NCBI GenBank assembly: GCA_902463725.1 | Contig: CABQGK010000006.1 | Coordinates: 92,121 to 156,120 of the forward strand | DNA: 64,000 nt | Direction of reading: 5' to 3' | Source of the DNA: an uncultured Sutterella sp. | Lineage (GTDB): Bacteria > Pseudomonadota > Gammaproteobacteria > Burkholderiales > Burkholderiaceae_F | Part shown: positions 10,231 through 19,619 of the stretch, in pieces | Layout of the letters: each line of letters starts with the position of its first letter | Numbering within the stretch: position 1 is the stretch's first letter | Translations under genes and position numbers: made by a program | Notes under the pieces: generated by a model | The model's input: only the letters and a program-made list of their open reading frames with translations | The model's database searches: none | What the model was told of the DNA's origin: nothing

Positions 10231-11295
10231 TTAGAGCACGTTCTGGCGCAGGGTGCCGTCGGCGTAGAGTGCGGCCATCTTTTCGAGCGAGATGGGCTTG
10301 ATCTTGGCGCCTTGGCCTTCGCAACCAAACTGCAGGTAGCGGGCTTTGCAGAGCTCCTTGGCCTGATTGCGAGCAACCTTGAGGTAGTCACGCGGGTCAA
10401 ACTTAGAGGGATTTTCGAAGAGGAACTGGCGGATTGCAGCCGTCATGCCAAGTCGAATATCCGTGTCAATGTTGACCTTACGAACACCGTGCTTAATGGC
10501 TTCCTGAATTTCTTCAACAGGCACGCCGTAGGTTTCACGCATATCTCCGCCAAATTCGCGGATCGTGGCGAGGTATTCCTGTGGCACCGAAGAGGAGCCG
10601 TGCATGACGAGGTGCGTGTTCGGTAGGCGAGCATGAATTTCTTTGACTCGCTCGATCGAGAGAATGTCACCAGAGGGCTTACGCGTAAACTTGTACGCGC
10701 CGTGCGACGTACCGATCGCAATGGCCAAGGCATCAAGCTGAGTAGCCTTAACGAATTCCGCGGCTTGATCGGGGTCGGTGAGCAACTGATCGCGAGTCAT
10801 CTTGGAGTCCGTACCATGACCGTCTTCCTTGTCACCGCGCATGGTCTCGAGCGAGCCTAGGCAGCCGAGTTCACCTTCGACGGACACACCGATGCAGTGA
10901 GCCATTTCCACAACACGACGGGTAACGTCAACGTTGTACTCGTAAGAGGCAATCGTTTTCCCATCGCTCATGAGCGAGCCGTCCATCATCACCGAAGAGA
11001 ACCCTGAGCGCATGGCGTTTTGGCAGACAGCAGGGCTCTGACCATGGTCTTGGTGCATGCACACCGGTACATCGGGGTAGCTTTCTACGGCAGCGGAAAT
11101 CAAGTGGCGCAGGAACGCTTCTCCAGCGTACTTGCGAGCGCCTGCAGAGGCCTGCATGATGACAGGGGCGCCGACTTCGCTGGCTGCCGCCATAATGGCC
11201 TGTACCTGTTCAAGATTGTTGACATTAAACGCGGGAACGCCGTAACCGTTTTCAGCGGCGTGATCGAGTAATTGACGCATGGAGACGAGTGCCAT
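10231..11295 (-). CDS. fba: Class II fructose-bisphosphate aldolase (Calvin-cycle subtype)
   Basis: [33 protein letters not shown]. Confidence 0.97.
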   Translation of the reverse strand: MALVSMRQLLDHAAENGYGVPAFNVNNLEQVQAIMAAASEVGAPVIMQASAGARKYAGEAFLRHLISAAVESYPDVPVCMHQDHGQSPAVCQNAMRSGFSSVMMDGSLMSDGKTIASYEYNVDVTRRVVEMAHCIGVSVEGELGCLGSLETMRGDKEDGHGTDSKMTRDQLLTDPDQAAEFVKATQLDALAIAIGTSHGAYKFTRKPSGDILSIERVKEIHARLPNTHLVMHGSSSVPQEYLATIREFGGDMRETYGVPVEEIQEAIKHGVRKVNIDTDIRLGMTAAIRQFLFENPSKFDPRDYLKVARNQAKELCKARYLQFGCEGQGAKIKPISLEKMAALYADGTLRQNVL

Positions 11296-11411
11296 GGCAT
11301 AAACTCCGATTCAAAATAGTGATTTAAATTAGACATGGCGTCACGCAACGCTGAATCATTCTAGGCGTGATGCCAACAGTGCGCATTGTATAGTGTTTAG
11401 TGCTTAGCCGC

Positions 11412-11434
11412 GGGAAAAGGACGTGCCTTTTCCC
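11412..11434. terminator. Hairpin/putative terminator after amiC
   Basis: GGGAAAAGG-acgtg-CCTTTTCCC. Confidence 0.45.
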
Positions 11435-11476
11435 TGATCATCGATCGGAGTGAGCGCTCTATTTGATGCCCCTCAC

Positions 11477-12853
11477 CTAAGAGATGAGGATGCTGCGATT
11501 GGCCTTCAGTTGGCGCTTGATTCCTCGATAAATGGCTTGAGCAATCCGTTGTTGGTGCTTTGGGTTGTTGAGAAACGTTTCCTCGGTGGGGTTGGAGATG
11601 AAAGCGGTCTCCACCAAAATGGAAGGAATACCTTGCCCTTTCAGCACGGCAAAGCCTGCCTGCTCGACATGATTCTTGTGTAGTCGATTGATGCTACCCA
11701 TTTCCGAGAGAACTTCTTTGCCAAGGCCAAGACTGTAGTTGATGGTCCAGTCGCTCGTCATATCGACGAGTACGCTAGCGACTTCTTTGTTGACATCGGC
11801 GATGTTAATGCCGCCGATCAAGTCGCTTTCGTTTTGACTCTTGGCAAGCCAGCGTGCAGCAGCGCTCGTTGCCCCACGTTCTGAGAGCGCGAATACGCTA
11901 GAGCCTCTAGCAGAAGTGTTTGGGAAGGCATCTGCGTGGATACTGACGAGCATGTGTGCTCGAGCTTTCTGCGCGATTTTGACGCGAGCGCCGAGACTGA
12001 CAAAGTGGTCAGAGTTACGTGTCATGATGGCGCGCATGTTTGGATCGGCATTGACGAGCGAATTTAGGTAGCGCGCGATTTTGAGCACAACGTCCTTTTC
12101 GTGTGTGCGACGTCGCCCTGTCGCGCCAGGATCCTCTCCGCCGTGGCCAGGGTCGATGACGATCAGCAGTGGCTCAGCGCTACTCTTCTTATTTCCTTTT
12201 CGTGCGGTCTGTGTTTTCCCACGCCCACCGCGGCTCTTGGCGGTCGATGCAGGTGCGTCATCTGAAGTCTGATCATCGCTGTCATCATCTGTTGCGGCTA
12301 TATCGACGCCCGACTCACTCGTTTGCTTGTCAGAGAGCTCAGAGAGAAGAGAGCCAAGCGGATCATCTTCTTTGTGTGAGCCGGCAACCTGCTCATGCAG
12401 TAGACGTCCAATGGGATCTTTCGGGACAGCTGGATAGATATCAAAGACCAAGCGATAGTGGTAATTCGCCACGGGCTTTAGCTGAAAGACTTCTGGGCGT
12501 ACATCGTGCTTGAGATCCATCACGAGTCTGAGCGTGTCAGGCTTGTATTGACCAATGCGGATAGCGGCAATGTAGGGATCATCTGGTTTGACGCTTTCAA
12601 TTTGCTTGCGTAATTGTGGCGTCAGCGCGAGCCCCTTAATATCAACGACGAGACGCAAAGGGGCGGAGTTACGGATGAAGAAGTACTTGAAATCAAGCGG
12701 TGTATCGTGCTCAATGGTCACACGCGTGTATTCGTCCGAGGGCCACATGCGGACGTCGATGAGACGGGCACCTTGGGCGATCTGCCAGGGCGCCAGACTA
12801 AGAAGTAGGGTGCCAGCGGATGCGGCGATGAGGTCGCGGCGATTCTGTTGCAT
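11477..12853 (-). CDS. amiC: N-acetylmuramoyl-L-alanine amidase (Tat signal, AMIN + Amidase_3)
   Basis: NRRDLI twin-Arg signal, IDPGHGGEDPGA, SIHADA, ILVETAFISN; downstream of tsaE. Confidence 0.92.
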   Translation of the reverse strand: MQQNRRDLIAASAGTLLLSLAPWQIAQGARLIDVRMWPSDEYTRVTIEHDTPLDFKYFFIRNSAPLRLVVDIKGLALTPQLRKQIESVKPDDPYIAAIRIGQYKPDTLRLVMDLKHDVRPEVFQLKPVANYHYRLVFDIYPAVPKDPIGRLLHEQVAGSHKEDDPLGSLLSELSDKQTSESGVDIAATDDDSDDQTSDDAPASTAKSRGGRGKTQTARKGNKKSSAEPLLIVIDPGHGGEDPGATGRRRTHEKDVVLKIARYLNSLVNADPNMRAIMTRNSDHFVSLGARVKIAQKARAHMLVSIHADAFPNTSARGSSVFALSERGATSAAARWLAKSQNESDLIGGINIADVNKEVASVLVDMTSDWTINYSLGLGKEVLSEMGSINRLHKNHVEQAGFAVLKGQGIPSILVETAFISNPTEETFLNNPKHQQRIAQAIYRGIKRQLKANRSILIS

Positions 12854-12861
12854 GATGTCTA

Positions 12862-13356
12862 TTAAGAGAGATGACCGATGATTTTTTGACCAGTGGTGCT
12901 TAAAGCCTCAAGTCGTGCTTGACGGCCCAACCCATCAACACGGAGCGATAAAACAATATCTGCCTCAGGTACAAAGGGTCGTGCTTTTTCAGTCCATTCA
13001 GTGATACAAATTTGCGCTCGTCCGAACAGATCACGCATCCCTGCTTCATCAAACTCATAAGGACTTTCAAATCGGTAGAAGTCGAAATGATTGAGGGTTG
13101 CTTCTAGCACAGGGTAGGTTTCCACGAGCGAGAAGGTCGGACTTTTGACTGGCCCTCTAAAACCCCAAGCTCTCAGCAGTGCTCGAGCAAAGGTGGTTTT
13201 GCCTGCGCCGAGGTCTCCATCAAATGTCAGCACGAGTCCGCTGTCAAACCAATCTGCGCGCGCAAGTTCAATAGCCTTTGCCAAGCGGGTGGCGAGCGCA
13301 TCCGTGTCATCAGGGTGCGGCAGCGGGAAGGTAAGGGGAATGCTCGATTGTGTCAT
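12862..13356 (-). CDS. tsaE: tRNA threonylcarbamoyladenosine biosynthesis ATPase
   Basis: GDLGAGKTT, VKSPTFSLVETY, HFDFYR, EW; start taken as ATG 13356. Confidence 0.95.
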   Translation of the reverse strand: MTQSSIPLTFPLPHPDDTDALATRLAKAIELARADWFDSGLVLTFDGDLGAGKTTFARALLRAWGFRGPVKSPTFSLVETYPVLEATLNHFDFYRFESPYEFDEAGMRDLFGRAQICITEWTEKARPFVPEADIVLSLRVDGLGRQARLEALSTTGQKIIGHLS

Positions 13357-13568
13357 GGATGAAAGCGTAGACTCAACAGTCAAGAACGATTTCTCATTGT
13401 ACATTTGGTAGAGTGCGCTAGCTTAGGCTACTAGGGTGGCTCCGAGCACGGGATAGAGAAAAGGTTTTTGGCAAAATGTAAATGAATGTATCCACTATTG
13501 CGCTGACCCAAATTTCTCTGCATAATTCATTGCTCAGGTTCTTGAGCAGTCAAGAACGAAAGTTTGGA

Positions 13569-13644
13569 GCCGGTGTAGCTCAGCTGGTAGAGCAGCGCAT
13601 TCGTAATGCGAAGGTCGGGAGTTCAAATCTCTTCTCCGGCACCA
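13569..13644 (+). tRNA. tRNA-Thr(CGT)
   Basis: 76-nt cloverleaf GCCGGTG...GCGCA-TTCGTAA-TGCGA...TTCAAAT...CTCCGGC-ACCA. Confidence 0.97.
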
Positions 13645-13658
13645 TTCAGAATTCTCAG

Positions 13659-13690
13659 TGAAAGCCTCAAAAGGGCTTTCATTTTTTTTT
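13659..13690 (+). terminator. Intrinsic terminator after tRNA-Thr
   Basis: TGAAAGCCT/GGGCTTTCA hairpin followed by a T-run. Confidence 0.8.
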
Positions 13691-14006
13691 GCCAGTACGC
13701 TACGTGTGTCTTAAGCACGCTACACGGCATTCCTCTCACTCGCACCTTCCACGCTTTCTCGTCCGCTCACACAAAGGCTCTCTGCTTTATTGAATTCATT
13801 TAAACAACATTTATTGAGATACGAGTAAATAAGTTGTTTTCAAGTCTCATTCTGACTAGGCATTCGTAGATCGACAACGGGGCTCTGTACTCAAGGCGGT
13901 TGAGCGACAGAAACCCATAGAATCTTGTTTTTCAAGAAACTTTTTGTGAATCTCTGTTTAATTCGATTAAACAAATGACGAGTTACATTCAGTTTTTCTG
14001 TTCTGA

Positions 14007-14020
14007 TTGATCTATGTTAA
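14007..14020. promoter_or_regulatory. Possible FNR/CRP-family box upstream of the reductase operon
   Basis: TTGAT-CTAT-GTTAA versus consensus TTGAT-N4-ATCAA (2 mismatches). Confidence 0.3.
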
Positions 14021-14330
14021 ATAGTGTTGTTACAAACGATATTCATAAAAGTAATAACGAAAAAATACCTGAGTGTTCCGGTTTGGATTTTTATTAAGTC
14101 TTGATTTTATAGGTATTTCACGCGCATCTTGTGAAACCGTGATGTCGGAGACGTTCTAAAATCAGCAGTTTTTTAACCTCTCAAAAGAATCTACCTCATC
14201 TGGACAAGTGCTTCTCTAATGGATATCCATAAGGGCTATAACATTGGGATTAATTTATCCTGATAGCTGCTGGGTATGAGTACTCATGGACCCCCGCTCT
14301 GCTCAGTGATACATAACTAGGAGACAAAAC

Positions 14331-16946
14331 ATGAAAGACACAGACAAGATGGGCGTCTCTTTGTCGCTCACCCGCCGTCAGATGCTTGGCACCGTTGGTG
14401 CGGCTGCTGGCGCGGCGACCGTGCTTTCTGCTGCACCTTGGGCAAGTGTCCAAGCCGAGGTGGACAAACTGAAAGAAGAAGGTTGGGAAGCGCACCCTTG
14501 CGCTTGCAATGTGTGCGGTGGCTACTGCGGACTTTTGGCGTTGCACAAGAAAGGAACGGCGGTTTCTCGTGAAACCGTCCGTATCATGCCGAACCCATCC
14601 CATCCGCAGCGCGGTTGCTGTGCGCGCGGTGCCGGGGCGATGTGGACGTGGGATCACCCCCTACGTTTGCGTAAGCCCATGAAGCGTGTTGGAGAGCGTG
14701 GAGAAGGAAAATTTCAGGAAATTTCTTGGGATCAAGCGCTTACCGAAATTGCACAAAAGCTCAAAGAAATTGTGGAAAAAGATGGCGAACGCGCCGTGTC
14801 GATGACCACCCACAACTTCAAGGGTCAGCTTTCGTGGCTACAAGCAGGTATTGGAACGCCGAACCTAATCATGCATTCGTCGACCTGCAACTCCGCGTCG
14901 ATCATGGGCCGTCGCTATGTGTTTGGTAAAGGCTTTGATGGCGCAGGTAAGCTCGAGCCTGACTATGAAAACTGTCATTTCCTGCTGCTGATTGGTCGTA
15001 CGCTCAACTGTGCGATTGGTGTGCATAGTGTCGTGTCTCGTGCCCGTGCTGAAAAGGGGACGCGCGTGGTGTTTGTCGATCCTCGTATGCCAGAAGGGGC
15101 GTTGACGGGGAGTCGTTGGATGCCGATTCGCCCTGGTACGGACGCCGCGTTGGTTCAGGGGCTCCTGAATGTGGCGATTGCCGATGGTTTGGCTGATTTC
15201 GAATTTTTGGCTAAATACACCAACGCGGGCTATCTTGTGAGCGCAGATCAGAAGCCTGTGACTGAGGCGATGCTCAAAAGCGGTGGTCGTGACAATTACT
15301 ACGCGGTGCGCGATAGTGCCTCGGGTGAAATTCGCTTCCAAGGCATGAAGACCAATGATGCTGGGGAATTTGCGGGTTTTGATGAAGATCCCACAACCAA
15401 GGTAGATTTGAACTTTGCTGGCACGGTAACGGATGTCATGGGCAATCCGCTAGAGGTGCGGACTTGCTACTCAATCCTTGCTGAGCAGGTTTCGCAGTTT
15501 GCGCCAGAGAAGGTGTCTACGATTACGGGTATTCCTGCTGCAGAGATCGTGCAACTTGCGCATGACTTCTTCACGCAGGGTGGTGTGGCTGACGACGGTT
15601 GGTACTCTGCTCGTAATGGCAATGACTCTGAAGCCTATGCGTTGATCTGTCTGTTGAATGTCTTTGCGGGCAATTTGGATCGTAAAGGTGGCTTCGTTGT
15701 CACGCAAGGCGCTGGCATGAAGGGCGTGAGTGCGAGTTTTGACTCTGGCAAGGGGCAGGGTAAGAGCCCGACGGGTAAGACTTGGAAGGTTGAAGGCGGC
15801 GAAAAGAAAGCGCTTGACAAAGTACTCTATCCGGAAAGCTCTGGTACCTACTCAGCGATTTTTGATGCCATCCACACAGGTAAGCCCTATCCTGTGCGGG
15901 CGACCTTTATTACGGGTTCGACCATGTTCCACCGTGAGGCGAACTCGGATCGCTTGGCAAAGGCTCTCAAGGCGCTCGATCTTGTCGTCGTGCAGGATAT
16001 CCTCCCGCATGAAGTGATGGATTACGCAGACTATGTGTTGCCTTGCACGTTCTTCCTAGAGTGGCATGAATACGCTGGTGTCAAGTGGCACATTAATGGC
16101 AATGTCCAGTTCAATGACGCTGGTATCGATCCTCCGAAGGATTGTGATGCCCGTGAAGAAATTTGGCAGTTCTGCGAAATTGTTCGCCGTGCTTGGCCAG
16201 AACGCGCAGCGGAGCGCTTGGGCTATGAAAAAGAGCTCAAGACTCGCGAAGAGTTCAAGCAGTGGTACTACGGCATGGTTGACAAGGCTTGGAAGAAATT
16301 CATTGATGAGCTGAACAGCAAGAAGCCCGGTGAGGGCGACCGTGTGCAGGCAGACATTGAAAAGCAAGGTTGGTCTTGCGTCAAGAAGAAGGCATTTGAC
16401 GTCTATCCGTACAAGAAAGCGTTTGGCACGATGACGGGTAAGCCTGAATTGCTGTCCTTCTATGTGGCGACGAAGTACCAAGAAAAGGGCCTACACCCTG
16501 CGCCTCAGTACTTCATCCCAGAGGGTGCGTATACCTTGCCGAAGCCCAATAGCAACGAGTTCTACCTTGTCAGCGGTAAGGACAGTTCCTCGAGCTCTGG
16601 CGTGGCGATGTTCGCACGTCCGACTCGGTTCGTGGGCGATCGCTCTGTCTGGATGAACCCCGTCGATGGCGAACGCCTTGGTATTGCCAATGGGGACACC
16701 ATCGAACTAGAAGGGCTCGATACGGGTGTGAAGGGGCAGGCTAAGGTCAAGCTTACCAATCGTGTGATGGCAGGCTGTCTCTTTGCGTTGGGCTTCTCTG
16801 GTGGCGTTCGAACCAAGACGCTCAAGGATCAGAGCTACAACTGGGTGCGAGAAGGGATTAACTCTCACTGGTTCTGCACTGGTTATCGTGAGCCCGTCGT
16901 CGGCAGCGTATCCAACAACACCTCCGTGCGTGTGAAACGAGTCTAA
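14331..16946 (+). CDS. Tat-exported molybdopterin (bis-MGD) oxidoreductase catalytic subunit, PsrA/PhsA-like
   Basis: TRRQML signal; CNVCGGYC...GCCARG 4Fe-4S motif; HSSTC putative Cys Mo ligand; YADYVLP; VWMNPVDGERLGI. Confidence 0.88.
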   Translation: MKDTDKMGVSLSLTRRQMLGTVGAAAGAATVLSAAPWASVQAEVDKLKEEGWEAHPCACNVCGGYCGLLALHKKGTAVSRETVRIMPNPSHPQRGCCARGAGAMWTWDHPLRLRKPMKRVGERGEGKFQEISWDQALTEIAQKLKEIVEKDGERAVSMTTHNFKGQLSWLQAGIGTPNLIMHSSTCNSASIMGRRYVFGKGFDGAGKLEPDYENCHFLLLIGRTLNCAIGVHSVVSRARAEKGTRVVFVDPRMPEGALTGSRWMPIRPGTDAALVQGLLNVAIADGLADFEFLAKYTNAGYLVSADQKPVTEAMLKSGGRDNYYAVRDSASGEIRFQGMKTNDAGEFAGFDEDPTTKVDLNFAGTVTDVMGNPLEVRTCYSILAEQVSQFAPEKVSTITGIPAAEIVQLAHDFFTQGGVADDGWYSARNGNDSEAYALICLLNVFAGNLDRKGGFVVTQGAGMKGVSASFDSGKGQGKSPTGKTWKVEGGEKKALDKVLYPESSGTYSAIFDAIHTGKPYPVRATFITGSTMFHREANSDRLAKALKALDLVVVQDILPHEVMDYADYVLPCTFFLEWHEYAGVKWHINGNVQFNDAGIDPPKDCDAREEIWQFCEIVRRAWPERAAERLGYEKELKTREEFKQWYYGMVDKAWKKFIDELNSKKPGEGDRVQADIEKQGWSCVKKKAFDVYPYKKAFGTMTGKPELLSFYVATKYQEKGLHPAPQYFIPEGAYTLPKPNSNEFYLVSGKDSSSSSGVAMFARPTRFVGDRSVWMNPVDGERLGIANGDTIELEGLDTGVKGQAKVKLTNRVMAGCLFALGFSGGVRTKTLKDQSYNWVREGINSHWFCTGYREPVVGSVSNNTSVRVKRV

Positions 16947-16958
16947 GGGGACAATGCC

Positions 16959-17543
16959 ATGAAAGGAAATCATAAGAAACTGGCACACCTTTTTGATGTC
17001 ACACAGTGCATCGGGTGTTCTGCTTGTATCGTCGCGTGCGCTGAAACCAACTATCCAGAAATGATGGAGCGCACTAATGAGGGATGGAATTGGCTCGCGG
17101 CCAATATCCGTAAGGTGACATTGGATCGTGCGCGTCGGCCCGTGCAACTACTCATTCAATGTCAGCAATGCGATGACGCGCCGTGCGTGGTGACGTGCCC
17201 GTTTGGCGCGAACTTCCACGACCCAGAAACGGGACAGGTGAAGACGGATCCAGGCCGTTGCATCGGATGTAGTTATTGCGTCGCATCGTGCCCGTACGAC
17301 TGTCGTTGGACGCATCCAGACAGTGGGCTACCGATGAAGTGTATGGGTAAGGGGTGTGAAGCGCTCGTACGTGCAGGGCAAAGTCCTGCCTGTGTGGCGG
17401 TTTGCCCAGCTCAGGCACGTATGTTTGGTGACGTTAACGATCCGCAGAGCGAAATCTCCCGCAAGATCGCAACCTCCCGCACGGAAAAACTCCTCCCCCA
17501 TAAGGGCACGAAACCCAACTTCTTTGTGGTGGTAGCAAAATGA
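16959..17543 (+). CDS. 4x[4Fe-4S] electron-transfer subunit (PsrB/NrfC family)
   Basis: CIGCSACIVAC, CQQCDDAPCVVTCP, CIGCSYCVASCP, KC...PACVAVCP, GTKPN. Confidence 0.92.
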   Translation: MKGNHKKLAHLFDVTQCIGCSACIVACAETNYPEMMERTNEGWNWLAANIRKVTLDRARRPVQLLIQCQQCDDAPCVVTCPFGANFHDPETGQVKTDPGRCIGCSYCVASCPYDCRWTHPDSGLPMKCMGKGCEALVRAGQSPACVAVCPAQARMFGDVNDPQSEISRKIATSRTEKLLPHKGTKPNFFVVVAK

Positions 17544-18400
17544 CATACGAATTTGTAACGTTGACAAATCAGGTCGCCACTGCACAGTGGGGCTGGACGA
17601 TTGCACTTTTCCTTTGGTTTATTGGTCTAGCGGGTATGAGCCTTGTGCTCAACGTCTGGCTACGTTCCAAACTGGTGCTTCTCATTTCTGCGCTATCAGC
17701 TATTATCGGGACGCTGTTCGTGCTCTCGCACCTACATCGTTTGCTGAATCTGCCGATGGCTGCGATTAATGCGCTCCTTGACTGGAAGTTCAATTTCACG
17801 AGTTGGATGTTCATCGGGATCTGCATTCTTGCCGTGCTTTGTGTGGTGACCGTCTTTGAATCGTGGCGGACTTGGTCGGGCCATAATGGCGCACTGGAGT
17901 GCAAATACTCGCTTTGGTTCAACGCGGTACTCGGTATTGGGGCGACGGCCTATTCTGGCTTCCTGCTTACGCAAGCGGTTGGTGTTCCCCTCTGGACTAC
18001 CGCCTCTTTGCCGATCCTTTGGATTTTCTCGGGCTTAGCTTGTGCTGTGGGCCTTGTGGAAATTCTCGCCTCGACCAACCGACTCAGTCATGAGGGGCTT
18101 GGTTGGTTGCCAATGACTGCGAATCTTGTGCACGTGGGTGAAGCGATCGTTCTCTTTGCTTTCTTGCAAGTGGCGCTCGCAGGAACCCCTGGCGCAGTTG
18201 CCGGTGCTCACGACATGCTCAGCAACATGATGTTCTGGGCAGGAGCTGTTGGCCTTGGCATCGTAGTACCAGTTATCCTTGGCAATATCAAGGGCGGTGC
18301 TTCGCTCAAGCTCGTTGGTGGCGCAGCAGCCATTGTTGGTGCGCTTTGCCTTCGTGCTAGTGTGCTCTTTGCGGGTGCGTTTGACCCGGTGATCTTCTGA
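17540..18400 (+). CDS. NrfD/PsrC-family quinol-binding membrane anchor
   Basis: WGWTIALFLWFIGLAG, TSWMFIG, YSGFLL...PLW; about 8 TM; ATGA coupling to upstream gene. Confidence 0.9.
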   Translation: MTYEFVTLTNQVATAQWGWTIALFLWFIGLAGMSLVLNVWLRSKLVLLISALSAIIGTLFVLSHLHRLLNLPMAAINALLDWKFNFTSWMFIGICILAVLCVVTVFESWRTWSGHNGALECKYSLWFNAVLGIGATAYSGFLLTQAVGVPLWTTASLPILWIFSGLACAVGLVEILASTNRLSHEGLGWLPMTANLVHVGEAIVLFAFLQVALAGTPGAVAGAHDMLSNMMFWAGAVGLGIVVPVILGNIKGGASLKLVGGAAAIVGALCLRASVLFAGAFDPVIF

Positions 18401-18436
18401 GCATCGTCTCCTTGCTTCTGAAGCGCATCACCTGTT

Positions 18437-18473
18437 GACGAGACCCCTGGGTCGTGTATCCAGGGGTCTTGTC
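18437..18473 (+). terminator. Hairpin ending the reductase operon
   Basis: GACGAGACCCCTGG/CCAGGGGTCTTGTC; weak U-tail. Confidence 0.55.
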
Positions 18474-18590
18474 GCAGTGGGATAGTCTGCTTGATGCAGT
18501 TTGTGATGGGAGCACATGAGAGCTTTTTTAGGTAAGTCCGAGTGTTAGAATGTCAGGCTTTTCAGCTTTGGTGAACCTTTAGGAGTTTTT

Positions 18591-19559
18591 GTGCCGAACT
18601 CAACTCATCAGCGAAAGCCTCTCGATACGAGAGCCATTCTGATTTGTGTCGTTCTCTGCTTCATCTGGGGGCTACAGCAAGTGGCGATCAAGGCCGCATC
18701 CACCGATGTCTCGCCACTATTACAGGTGGGTTTGCGTTGTGGTGTTTCGGGTGCTCTCCTTTATCTATGGAACCGTTTTGTCTCGCATGAGCGCAGCAAC
18801 CCCTCTGTGCGTTGGCACCATGGATTGTTTGTTGGACTGGCCTTTGCTTGTGAGTTTCTCTTTGTTGCGGAAGGTTTGCGTTTTACGACAGCCTCTCACA
18901 TGTCTGTGCTGCTCTATACAGCCCCTCTGTTTGCAGCCATCGGTCTTGCGCTACGATTGCCCGAGGAGCGTCTCTCGGCACTGCAGTGGCTCGGGCTACT
19001 CTTAGCCTTTAGCGGTATCGGTATCGCATTTCTGCTACCTACCTTGTTGGCAGAGAGTGTCGCCCAAATGGACAATCCGCTCTGGTGGTTAGGTGATTTG
19101 CTTGGTCTAGCTTCAGGTATTTCTTGGGGCATTACGACGGTTTTATTGCGCACGAGCAGTATGAATGAGGCCTCCGCTTCGCAGATGCTGTACTGGCAGT
19201 TGGGGATAGGCTTTGTTGTGTTGAGCTCTGCGGCCTGCTTGAGTGGACAAACGCAGATCACGAACACGTCACTGGCTTGGGTCAGCATGCTCTTTCAATC
19301 GGTGGTGGTTTCCTTTGCGAGCTACCTTGTCTGGTGTGGGTTACTGCGCCAATACCTTGCCGCCCGTTTAGGCGTCATTGTCTTCATGTCGCCAATTTTC
19401 GGTGTTCTTCTATCGATTGCACTTTTGGGTGAGCATGTCGGTTTGCCATTTGTGACGGGCTCGCTTTGTGTGCTTGCTGGGTTGGTTGCCGTGCAGGGAG
19501 CTGGGCGTTTGCGGCAAGCGCTCTCTTGGCGACGCATAGGTAAGCATCGCCAAGGTTGA
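18591..19559 (+). CDS. DMT/EamA-family transporter
   Basis: IWGLQQVAIK, GLRFTTASHMSVLLYTAP, PEERLS; AGGAG SD. Confidence 0.88.
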   Translation: MPNSTHQRKPLDTRAILICVVLCFIWGLQQVAIKAASTDVSPLLQVGLRCGVSGALLYLWNRFVSHERSNPSVRWHHGLFVGLAFACEFLFVAEGLRFTTASHMSVLLYTAPLFAAIGLALRLPEERLSALQWLGLLLAFSGIGIAFLLPTLLAESVAQMDNPLWWLGDLLGLASGISWGITTVLLRTSSMNEASASQMLYWQLGIGFVVLSSAACLSGQTQITNTSLAWVSMLFQSVVVSFASYLVWCGLLRQYLAARLGVIVFMSPIFGVLLSIALLGEHVGLPFVTGSLCVLAGLVAVQGAGRLRQALSWRRIGKHRQG

Positions 19560-19619
19560 GTTGTTCAGCGAGTATTGGAACGATAAGCTGCAGGGCCGCG
19601 CTTACATCATGCACAAAGC

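Noticed and set aside
13569..13644. U-U mismatch at 6:67 and G-U pairs in the T-stem as a sign of a pseudo-tRNA
   Set aside because: All other conserved positions, CCA and terminator are intact; such mismatches occur in functional tRNAs.
13569..19559. Genomic island integrated at tRNA-Thr
   Set aside because: No integrase and no duplicated tRNA 3' end found by eye; operon codon style looks native.
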